This document shows, one piece after another, positions 52,103 to 60,808 of a DNA stretch of 64,000 nt. The notes beneath the pieces are model-generated. The model was not told where the DNA came from and ran no database searches. It saw only the letters and a program-made list of their open reading frames with translations. The stretch is from the NCBI GenBank assembly GCA_017545585.1, contig JAFWMK010000017.1, positions 7,323 to 71,322 on the forward strand, written 5' to 3'. This stretch comes from Candidatus Saccharimonadota bacterium. Its GTDB lineage: Bacteria; Patescibacteriota; Saccharimonadia; Saccharimonadales; Saccharimonadaceae. The translations under genes were made by a program, and so were the position numbers. The number at the start of each line of letters is the position of its first letter. The stretch's first letter is position 1.

Positions 52103-54187
52103 ATGGAAAAATTCGTTGTAAAATTCAGAAAAATTATTTTGGCACTCGCCGGGATATTAATAATCCCATCGATTATTGGTTTTTTAAATACTCGTGTCAA
52201 TTATGACATGCTCACCTATCTCCCAGATAGCATGGAGACCGTCAAAGGTCAAGACGAGCTCTTAAAGAGCTTTGGCAAAGGCGCTTTTGCCATGATTATA
52301 ACCGAAGATTTACCAGAATCAGAACAAGCCAAGCTAGAAGAAAAATTCAAAGCCGTCCCTCATGTAGATACGGTCTTAGGCTACGGTACGCTAAATTCCA
52401 ACGACATCCCAGCCAAAATCCTTCCAGACGAGTTATACGATAAATTCCAAAAAGGCGATGAATCCTTAATTGCTGTGTTCTTTGATACTTCTACTTCCGC
52501 CGACGAAACCATGGACGCCGTCAAAAAAATCCGCGAGATCGCCGATGGCCATGCCTACATTTCCGGCATGTCCGCTTTTGCTACCGACCTAAGAAAACTC
52601 TGCGAAGAAGAAGAAATCTTCTACGTCATCATCGCCGTCACTCTAGCCCTCCTCGTCATGCTTGCCCTCCTAGACAACTGGCTCGCTCCAGCTATTTTCC
52701 TTGCCAGCATTGGAGTCATGATTATTATCAATCTTGGTACCAATATTATCTTCGGTGAAATTTCTTATATCACCAAAGCCCTTTCCGCTATTCTGCAGCT
52801 TGCCGTTACTATGGATTATTCTATTTTCCTCTGGCATAGCTACCGCGAATATCTTGCCAAAGATAACGACAAAAATCACGAACGCGCCATGGAAAAAGCT
52901 GTCAAAGCAGCCATGAGCTCTGTCTTCGGCGGTTCCGCCACTACCGTAGCCGGCTTTCTTGCCCTCTGCTTTATGACTTTCGGCCTCGGCAGAGACCTTG
53001 GTGTCGTCATGGCCAAAGGAGTGATACTCGGTGTCATTGGTTCTGTCACTGTTCTCCCGGCCCTCATTTTAGCTTTCAAAAACGTCATCGAAAAATTTGA
53101 TCATAAATCTATTCTTCCAGATTTCACCAAGTTAAGCCAAGGTCTCGTCAAAATCTTCCCCGCCCTTCTTATTGCTTTCATTGCGATTATTCCACCAGCC
53201 TTCATCGGCTATCAAAAAGCCCAGGAGGATGTCTACTACACTATTTCTGATAGTTTACCGCAAGACATGGAATTCGCCGTTGCCAACAAAAAACTCAGCG
53301 AGAACTTTGGTATGGCCAACACCCACATGACTCTAACCAGCTCCAATCTAGATCAAAATACCGTATATAATATGACCGAAGAGCTCAAAAATATCTCCGG
53401 CATCAAAACCGTTCTCAATCTAGAAGCAGTTCTTGGCACCGAAGTCCCACTAGAAATCTTACCAAGCAGCATCGTAGATATCGCAAAAAGCGACAAATGG
53501 GAACTCACCATTCTAATCTCCGAATACAAAACCGCTACCGACGAAATCGCTGCCCAAATCAAAGATATTAATAATACCATCAAAAAATACGATAAAAACG
53601 CTCTCCTCGTCTCCGAATCTTCCTCTACTCAAGACATGATCGACCTTACTTCTATCGACTTTCAGGTTGTCAACGCAATCTCTATTGCTGCTATCTTTAT
53701 TATTATTGCTATCGTTACTAGAAGCATCTCTCTTCCTTTCATCCTTATTGTGGTCATCGAAGCCGCTATTTTCATCAATCTCGGCTTATGCTACTTCACT
53801 GGCCAAAAACTATCCTTCATCACCCCAATTTGTATTAGCACGATTCAGCTCGGCGCTACTATCGATTATGCTATCCTCATGACCACTCGCTACAAGCGCG
53901 AACGTCTAGACGGCAAAAACAAAAAGCAGGCCGCCGTTATCGCTCTCAAGACTTCCATTCCATCAATTATCATTTCTGGCGCCGTCCTATTCGCCGCCAC
54001 CATCGGTGTAGGCGTTTATTCCCGCGCCGATATCATTAGTTCTATGTGTATGTTAATGGCTAGAGGCGCTGTTATATCTATCATTATAGTTCCTATCTTC
54101 CTTGCCCCTATGCTCATTTTAACTGACCCATTAGTTATCAGAACCACACTCGGTATGAAAAAGTTAATAAAGGAGAACCATCAATGA
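52103..54187 (+). CDS. MMPL/RND-family transporter
   Basis: Two repeats LAVTMDYSIFL / LGATIDYAIL; VNYDMLTYLP. Confidence 0.9.
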   Translation: MEKFVVKFRKIILALAGILIIPSIIGFLNTRVNYDMLTYLPDSMETVKGQDELLKSFGKGAFAMIITEDLPESEQAKLEEKFKAVPHVDTVLGYGTLNSNDIPAKILPDELYDKFQKGDESLIAVFFDTSTSADETMDAVKKIREIADGHAYISGMSAFATDLRKLCEEEEIFYVIIAVTLALLVMLALLDNWLAPAIFLASIGVMIIINLGTNIIFGEISYITKALSAILQLAVTMDYSIFLWHSYREYLAKDNDKNHERAMEKAVKAAMSSVFGGSATTVAGFLALCFMTFGLGRDLGVVMAKGVILGVIGSVTVLPALILAFKNVIEKFDHKSILPDFTKLSQGLVKIFPALLIAFIAIIPPAFIGYQKAQEDVYYTISDSLPQDMEFAVANKKLSENFGMANTHMTLTSSNLDQNTVYNMTEELKNISGIKTVLNLEAVLGTEVPLEILPSSIVDIAKSDKWELTILISEYKTATDEIAAQIKDINNTIKKYDKNALLVSESSSTQDMIDLTSIDFQVVNAISIAAIFIIIAIVTRSISLPFILIVVIEAAIFINLGLCYFTGQKLSFITPICISTIQLGATIDYAILMTTRYKRERLDGKNKKQAAVIALKTSIPSIIISGAVLFAATIGVGVYSRADIISSMCMLMARGAVISIIIVPIFLAPMLILTDPLVIRTTLGMKKLIKENHQ

Positions 54188-55662
54188 AAAAGCAAATCAT
54201 AATATCAACCACTGCTCTCGTAGCACTTTGGGCTGGCACCGCCTTTGCGGTCATTAATACCGCAAACGCCAAAGAATCAAAAGTCGAGACTAGCTCACTT
54301 ATTGCAGTAGAATCCCCTATCAAAACCACTAATCCCAAGCCATCCGCATCCAAAAACGAAACCGTCTACGTATTAACCGACGAAAACGGCAATCCGAAAT
54401 CCAAATTCATCGGTAGCACCATCTACGACGGCGCTGAAGAATTACCTTTTGGTTTTAAAGTTACCTATTACCTAGATGGTCAAGAAATTAACGGAAAAGA
54501 TCTTGCTGGCAAATCCGGTCACATCAAAATCGTTTACAATTATAATTCCACCGCCAAATATCAAGGCAAATTTATTCCATTTTTGGCCGTCACCGGCATC
54601 ACGCTAGACAACACCAAATTTAGCAATGTCAAAGTATCAAATGGCAAAATTATCAGCGAGACTTCCGGCAATTATATTATTACCGGCTACTCTCTCGCCG
54701 GCGTTAATGCTAACCTAAATACCGATTTACTTCCAGAATCTTTCACTCTAGAAGCCGATACCACCAATTTCAAACTAGAAAACACCTATACGGTTTTCAT
54801 GAACGAAATCCTAGCCGACCTCGATACCTCCAAGCTCTCTGATCTAGATGGTATCATTAGTTCCCTCAATCAGCTTTCCGACGGTGTCAACAAAATCGTA
54901 AACGGCGCCACCGATCTTTCAAATGGCCTCGGCGATGCTCTAAACGGCACCAAGCAACTCTACGAAGGCTCCAAAACTCTAGCCAGCGGCATCAAAGACG
55001 CACTTGTTGGTAGCAAAAAAGCTGCCGCTGGAGCTAATGAACTAAAAACCGGTCTTAATACCATCACCGGTTACAATAAAAGTCTCAAGGATGGTGCCGA
55101 CAAGGTTATCGAAAATACCCTTACTGGCTTGAATGCTAATCCAACCATCCAGTATATCCTCGGGCAATTACAAATTACAGAAATTACCGCCGAAAATTAC
55201 ACCACCGTCTTGCCGCAAATCATCGCCATTATCAAAGCCCAAAGTGGCGACACTGCCGAAATTGAAAACGCCAAAGGCTTACTCGATCTCTCGACCGGCA
55301 TCATCGGATACACAGCTAATGTGGCTACTGCCGCCTCTGGCGCTTCTGAACTCGCTAACGGCCTTACGACTTTGTCGACTGGTCTTACCAAATTATCAGA
55401 CGGTGCTACCACCCTTTCAAACGGCTTAGGTTCTCTCGTCGAAGGAGAGACCAAGCTCTATGATGGCTCCATTACTCTAAAAGATGGCCTTACTACCCTC
55501 AAGACTTCCGGTATCGATAAACTAGTCAACTTTGCCAACAAAGATTTGGCTAGCTTCACTAGAAACGCTAGAGCCACCGTAAATGCTGCCGCTAGCTACA
55601 AGAATTTTGGCAATACTAATGCCGAATCAGTTAAATTCATCATAAAAACTCCATCCATCTAA
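54184..55662 (+). CDS. YhgE/Pip-like secreted coiled-coil protein
   Basis: KNETVYV, LAGKSG, xxLxxG heptad repeats, VKFIIKT end; ATGA overlap with MMPL gene. Confidence 0.75.
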   Translation: MKKQIIISTTALVALWAGTAFAVINTANAKESKVETSSLIAVESPIKTTNPKPSASKNETVYVLTDENGNPKSKFIGSTIYDGAEELPFGFKVTYYLDGQEINGKDLAGKSGHIKIVYNYNSTAKYQGKFIPFLAVTGITLDNTKFSNVKVSNGKIISETSGNYIITGYSLAGVNANLNTDLLPESFTLEADTTNFKLENTYTVFMNEILADLDTSKLSDLDGIISSLNQLSDGVNKIVNGATDLSNGLGDALNGTKQLYEGSKTLASGIKDALVGSKKAAAGANELKTGLNTITGYNKSLKDGADKVIENTLTGLNANPTIQYILGQLQITEITAENYTTVLPQIIAIIKAQSGDTAEIENAKGLLDLSTGIIGYTANVATAASGASELANGLTTLSTGLTKLSDGATTLSNGLGSLVEGETKLYDGSITLKDGLTTLKTSGIDKLVNFANKDLASFTRNARATVNAAASYKNFGNTNAESVKFIIKTPSI

Positions 55663-55683
55663 ATCTGTGATATAATTATTCTC

Positions 55684-56433
55684 ATGAGTAACAAAATGGT
55701 CTCAGACTATAACGGCTACGATTACAAAAAAATCTTCTGGGAAGATGCAGATCGCGAATACGAAGACCAAGCCGATCGCATGGCTATTCGTAAACTCCTC
55801 CCCAAAAGAATGGAAAAATTTGCCGATATTGGTGGCGGTTACGGACGCCTTGCCAACGAATATTTAAAACGTGCTCGCAAAGTTTATCTTTTTGACTATT
55901 CCAAAACCGAACTCAAACAAGCCAAAGACATCTACGGCGACAAAATCGAGACCAAAGCTGGTGACATCTACAAACTTCCATTCAAAGACAATGAACTAGA
56001 CGGGCTCATGATGGTTCGTGTCACTCATCATCTTGACCATCTCGAAAAAGCCCTAGATGAACTTTATCGTGTCCTCAAGCCTGGTGGTGTCGCCGTCATC
56101 GAAGTCGCTAACAAACGCACTCTACCAAAAATGGCCCGCTTCATCACTAGAAAGAGCAAAGAAAACCCTTTTTCCAAAGAACCGGCCAACTACAAAGAAA
56201 TCTGCGAAACTGGCTTTTACAATTACCATCCAAAATACGTAGAAGAATTATTTGAAAAAGTTGGCTTCAAACGCGAAAAAGTTCTCTCAGTATCCAACTT
56301 TAGAAGTAAAACTTTGAAGAAAGTTTTCAAAACCAACAACTTAGTTAAGATGGAAAATACTGCTCAGAAAGTTCTTGCTCCAATCAGATTCGCCCCATCT
56401 ATCTATTATAAGTTGAGAAAACCAGAAAAATAG
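55684..56433 (+). CDS. Class I SAM-dependent methyltransferase
   Basis: DIGGGYG, LPF, RVLKPGG. Confidence 0.9.
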   Translation: MSNKMVSDYNGYDYKKIFWEDADREYEDQADRMAIRKLLPKRMEKFADIGGGYGRLANEYLKRARKVYLFDYSKTELKQAKDIYGDKIETKAGDIYKLPFKDNELDGLMMVRVTHHLDHLEKALDELYRVLKPGGVAVIEVANKRTLPKMARFITRKSKENPFSKEPANYKEICETGFYNYHPKYVEELFEKVGFKREKVLSVSNFRSKTLKKVFKTNNLVKMENTAQKVLAPIRFAPSIYYKLRKPEK

Positions 56434-56450
56434 TGTATAATATATAGTAC

Positions 56451-56525
56451 GGGCTCGTCGTTCAACGGATAGGACATATCCCCTCTAAGGATACAATGCA
56501 GGTTCGATTCCTGCCGGGCCTACCA
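56451..56525 (+). tRNA. tRNA-Arg(TCT)
   Basis: GGGCTCG/CGGGCCT, TATCC-CCTCTAA-GGATA, GTTCGA, CCA. Confidence 0.9.
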
Positions 56526-56529
56526 TACA

Positions 56530-56582
56530 CAGGTTCGAATCGAGCGCGTCAGCGCGAGATCCCTTTCCTGTCGGCTCTACCA
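56530..56582 (+). repeat. Degenerate copy of tRNA-Arg T-arm/3' end with insertion
   Basis: CAGGTTCGA[ATCGAGCGCGTCAGCGCGAGATCCCT]TTCCTGTCGGCTCTACCA vs CAGGTTCGATTCCTGCCGGGCCTACCA. Confidence 0.75.
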
Positions 56583-56584
56583 TA

Positions 56585-58360
56585 TTATATCACGCGAGAG
56601 ATTTCCGTCAAAGTTGTTTCCCCCCTGAGTGCTGCTAGCACTCCTTTTTGTTCTAGAGTAAGCATACCATTCTTCTTGGCCACTTTTTCTATTTTGTTTG
56701 TATTGATATCCGCTACGTCTCCACGAATAAACGCTTGAATATCGTCAGATACCACCAACTGTTCCATGATCACAGTTCGTCCGCTATAGCCAAATGGATT
56801 CTCTTTTGTCGGTACCGGATCATACAAGACAATATCATCGAGACTAAACGGCACCTCTTCTTCATCTTCTTCATAATCATCTTCGTCATCATACGCCTCT
56901 AGAGCTTTGTCCAATTTGGTTGCCATCATTGTTACGTCAGTATATACCGGACCATCTTCTTTTTCTTCCTTTTGTTCTTCAGCCAACTTTACACCTTTAA
57001 TGCCTTTCAACCACTTTGGATCGACATCAGCCAAAACTTTTTTAATATAGCGCACTTCCGCTTCCGTAGCTCTACGTGCTTTCTTGGATTCAGATAATTT
57101 CCTGACTAATCTCTGCGCCACCACCAATCTAATCGAAGAAGAGAAAATCGGATTTACGCCAATTAGATCAATCATCCTCGAAAACGCCGCCGCAGTAGAA
57201 TTAGCATGGAAAGATGATAACACCAAATGCCCGGTAATAGACGCCTGAATAGCGGTCTTAGCCGTATCCGCATCTCTAATCTCACCCACCATTACTACAT
57301 CTGGATCTAAACGAAGCACCGAGCGAAGCCCTTCAGCAAACGACCCACCTTCTGTAGTATGAATCGGAATCTGTGAGATGCCCGTAATGCCATATTCAAT
57401 CGGATCCTCAAGTGTAATAATTTTCCGATCAGTAGTATTAAGCGCATTAAGTATTGAATACAGTGTAGTAGATTTACCAGAACCAGTCGGACCTACCATC
57501 AACACCAACCCACGTGGATGAGAAATTACTTCATTAATTTCATCAAGTTCGTCTTTTGAAAGCCCTAAAAGATTCAAATTAAGCAGCGACTCGTCAAAGT
57601 TAAACAAACGTAACACTGCATCTTGCCCATACATCGTCGGAATAGTTTCTACACGTATATTCAAGAGATGCGAAGCCCCACCAGACACAATTTCCTTTTG
57701 CATATGTCCAGATTGCGGCTTGTTAGAAGCCGTAGAAACATTGGCTCGAGACGAAAGTTCTCCCATGAAAATTCGGTATCTATCCCGATCAATCGTCGCT
57801 ACTGGATGGAGCAACCCATCCACACGCATCCTAATTCTAATTTCATTTCGAAGATTCTCAATATGGATATCTGAGGCGCCTAACTTATCTGCCTGATCAA
57901 TCAAAAAGTCAAACACTTTTTCCGTAGAAACACCCGCCAAGGTCTTGGATACCGAAGCAATAGTCTTAGAATCACCCTCACCAGCAATCTTAATATCATC
58001 ATATTTTATTTCTTTTGGCGGATCATACCTAAGCATTAGCACTCGATAACCAGACTGAGAAATTAAGAAAAAGTCCGCTCTTTCACCTTTATCAAGATAC
58101 TCCTGCCTTAATTTATCAATTATTGATTTAGGAGTTTGGCTGGTTACCAAAAACTGATAATGCTGCTCACCACCACCTACTGCTAACGGCAAAATAAAAT
58201 CTTTGTGCATTTGTTCTATCGTTAGAAGATCTTTTACTAACGGCACAGTCTCTTCAAAATCACGCGAATCAAGATATGGCAAGCCTAAAATATTTGAACG
58301 TTGCTCGGTCGCTTGCTCTTCCGTATCACGCCTTTTTCGTTGTATTTCCCTCTCATCCAT
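56585..58360 (-). CDS. pilB: Type IV pilus assembly ATPase (PilB/GspE family)
   Basis: ASDIHIE, RVDG, GPTGSGKS, EDPIE, LRLDPD, GEIRD, TGHLV. Confidence 0.88.
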   Translation of the reverse strand: MDEREIQRKRRDTEEQATEQRSNILGLPYLDSRDFEETVPLVKDLLTIEQMHKDFILPLAVGGGEQHYQFLVTSQTPKSIIDKLRQEYLDKGERADFFLISQSGYRVLMLRYDPPKEIKYDDIKIAGEGDSKTIASVSKTLAGVSTEKVFDFLIDQADKLGASDIHIENLRNEIRIRMRVDGLLHPVATIDRDRYRIFMGELSSRANVSTASNKPQSGHMQKEIVSGGASHLLNIRVETIPTMYGQDAVLRLFNFDESLLNLNLLGLSKDELDEINEVISHPRGLVLMVGPTGSGKSTTLYSILNALNTTDRKIITLEDPIEYGITGISQIPIHTTEGGSFAEGLRSVLRLDPDVVMVGEIRDADTAKTAIQASITGHLVLSSFHANSTAAAFSRMIDLIGVNPIFSSSIRLVVAQRLVRKLSESKKARRATEAEVRYIKKVLADVDPKWLKGIKGVKLAEEQKEEKEDGPVYTDVTMMATKLDKALEAYDDEDDYEEDEEEVPFSLDDIVLYDPVPTKENPFGYSGRTVIMEQLVVSDDIQAFIRGDVADINTNKIEKVAKKNGMLTLEQKGVLAALRGETTLTEISRVI

Positions 58361-58393
58361 AAATTTATTGTATCATAAGCACCAAAAAAATAC

Positions 58394-58424
58394 AAAAGCC
58401 CCGCCTATATAAGCACGGGGCTTT
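58394..58424 (-). terminator. Terminator after the L,D-transpeptidase gene
   Basis: AAAAGCCCCG...CGGGGCTTT. Confidence 0.7.
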
Positions 58425-58461
58425 CTGGAGGGTAGGCCCAATGGCCTTCAAATGAAGTAAG

Positions 58462-59010
58462 TTATGCATCCACTATAATTACGGTTGTACCGTCTAAACA
58501 ATTGTCGTACAACCATTCAGCGTCCGTTACAGACAAACGCACGCAACCACGAGAAACAGCAGCACCTAGATCAAAGACTTCTTGCAAAATAGGTTCAGTA
58601 TCTCCCGGCTTAGCATAACAAACCGAGTGAAACATATACCCACCTTTTTTCCAACGCATGCAATAACGTCCATAGGTTCCATCTACCATCAAATGGTAAC
58701 CAACGCCCGTAGTGTGTTGATAAATTTGGTATACACCAAGCGGAGTCTCGTGACCCACACGACCAGTAGAACAAACCATTAGACGCACGAGGTTATTATA
58801 AACATCATAAACCGCGCAGACACAACTCCTACGGTTGACTACTATTGTGGCTGGAATACCCAAAAAAGGCGTTTCCACTGCCGATGTTTCCATCAGGGGG
58901 ATGTTCAAAGTGCTTTCATCGACTTCGGCAGCATAGGCTACGTTATTGCAACTTGTTACCAACATTGTCAACGTGAATGCAAAGTACAATAAAGCATTTC
59001 TTACATTCAT
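58462..59010 (-). CDS. L,D-transpeptidase (YkuD family), secreted
   Basis: CSTG..ETPLG, FHS...SRGCVRL; signal peptide. Confidence 0.88.
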   Translation of the reverse strand: MNVRNALLYFAFTLTMLVTSCNNVAYAAEVDESTLNIPLMETSAVETPFLGIPATIVVNRRSCVCAVYDVYNNLVRLMVCSTGRVGHETPLGVYQIYQHTTGVGYHLMVDGTYGRYCMRWKKGGYMFHSVCYAKPGDTEPILQEVFDLGAAVSRGCVRLSVTDAEWLYDNCLDGTTVIIVDA

Positions 59011-59084
59011 TTTACCCTCCTTTTAAAAGTGCCAACCAACGGTTACAATGCTATTATAGCATAAAAGAAGAGAAAAATCTAGTA

Positions 59085-60728
59085 TTAAACTCTTTTTTTG
59101 ACGTTTTTAATAAATTGATAAAACAGCGGGTGCACCGCTAACGGTCGCGATTTGAATTCCGGATGCGCCTGTGTCGCTACAAAGAAATCACACTTTGGAG
59201 CTTCTACAAATTCCACTAATTGTTTATCTGGTGAAGTACCAGATACAATTAGTCCGCCTTTTTTAATTTCCGGCAAAAACTTTTGGTTTACTTCATAACG
59301 ATGACGATGTCTCTCGATTATATTTACATCACCGCTTTTCAAAATTTCTGTACCATATATATATTCACCATCTTCAACCCCTTCGCGATAAATCTCTGCG
59401 GTTTTAGTGCCTTTTTTTAGCTTAGCTGGATAATCACCCAATCTCATCGTACCGCCCGTAGATTCTTTGCCTTTCTGCCCTTCCATTATATATATAACAT
59501 TGTTACCATCTTCTTCCGACGCTCCAAACTCCTCCGAATTAGCCTTTCCTATTCCACCAATTCTCGCTGCCGCGATACATGCCACCTGAAGACCCAAACA
59601 AAGCCCCAAATATGGCTTGTTATTTTTAAGTGCATAGGTAGCCGCCGCAATTTTACCTTCCGTTCCTCTTGCGCCAAACCCACCTGGCACCACCAATCCG
59701 TCTACACTTTCAAAATCTTTGTCTGTCGCGTCTTCAGCGTTAATCCATTTTAGATTTAAATTTACTTTGTTGTGCGCCGCCGCTGCTTTGAGAGCCTCAG
59801 TCACACAAATATACGTATCTTCATTACCTACATATTTAGCTACCAAACCAATTGTTACGGTTTTATCAAAATCTGTCGCTCGCCACGCCGAAAAATCTGC
59901 CCACTTAGACATATTCGGCTCTTTATCGTCACCCACAAAATCATTCAAAATCTGAAGTACCCCAGATTTTAACACATTAAATGGCACGTCATACACCGAA
60001 TTAATATCCGGAAGATTTACTACTGCATCACCTGAAATTCCCGAAAATGCTGCAATCTTCTCGCAAATCGCCCTTGGGCAAGGTTTTTCCGTTCTTACAC
60101 ATACAATATCCGGAATAATTCCAAATCCACGAAGATCTTTTAGAGCATTTTGCGCCGGTTTAGTTTTTAACTCCTTAGAAGTATTAATCCATGGTACATA
60201 CACTACCGAAAGGTATAGACAATTCCGCCGCCCCACCTTATTTGCAAATAACCTAATTGCTTCAATAAATGCCAAACCTTCATAATCGCCCACTGTTCCA
60301 CCAATTTCTACAATATGGATATCGCTATCTTTAGAGGCTAATGCGATTTTTTCCTGCACCAAATCCGTAAAATGTGGCACTAGCTGCACTGTCTTCCCAT
60401 GAAAACCACCTGCACGTTCCCTTTCAATCAACTCCTTATAAATTGAGCCAGACAAAGTAATCGAATATTTTGAAGTTTCAAAATCCAAAAATCTTTCGTA
60501 ATGTCCGAGATCGAGATCCGTTTCCACACCATCATGCGTTACAAAACATTCACCATGTTCCACCGGATTTAAAAGCCCGGCGTCAACATTAAGGTACGGA
60601 TCGCATTTCTGCATAGTTACACGGTAACCCTTAGCTTTCAAAATAGCCCCCATTGAGGCTGCCGTAATGCCCTTGCCCACACCAGAAAGAACTCCACCAG
60701 TTACAAATATATATTTACATTTACTCAT
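59085..60728 (-). CDS. pyrG: CTP synthase
   Basis: TGGVLSGVGKG, DPYLNVD, GLCLG, RHRHRYE, HPE. Confidence 0.98.
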   Translation of the reverse strand: MSKCKYIFVTGGVLSGVGKGITAASMGAILKAKGYRVTMQKCDPYLNVDAGLLNPVEHGECFVTHDGVETDLDLGHYERFLDFETSKYSITLSGSIYKELIERERAGGFHGKTVQLVPHFTDLVQEKIALASKDSDIHIVEIGGTVGDYEGLAFIEAIRLFANKVGRRNCLYLSVVYVPWINTSKELKTKPAQNALKDLRGFGIIPDIVCVRTEKPCPRAICEKIAAFSGISGDAVVNLPDINSVYDVPFNVLKSGVLQILNDFVGDDKEPNMSKWADFSAWRATDFDKTVTIGLVAKYVGNEDTYICVTEALKAAAAHNKVNLNLKWINAEDATDKDFESVDGLVVPGGFGARGTEGKIAAATYALKNNKPYLGLCLGLQVACIAAARIGGIGKANSEEFGASEEDGNNVIYIMEGQKGKESTGGTMRLGDYPAKLKKGTKTAEIYREGVEDGEYIYGTEILKSGDVNIIERHRHRYEVNQKFLPEIKKGGLIVSGTSPDKQLVEFVEAPKCDFFVATQAHPEFKSRPLAVHPLFYQFIKNVKKRV

Positions 60729-60761
60729 TATTTATATTATATCAAAAACAAAAAAGAAGTT

Positions 60762-60793
60762 AAAAAAATCCCCCGGCCAAAAGCCGGGGGTTT
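60762..60793 (-). terminator. Terminator after hppA
   Basis: CCCCCGGC-CAAAA-GCCGGGGG with A/T tract. Confidence 0.75.
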
Positions 60794-60808
60794 GTAAGGA
60801 GTATTTAT

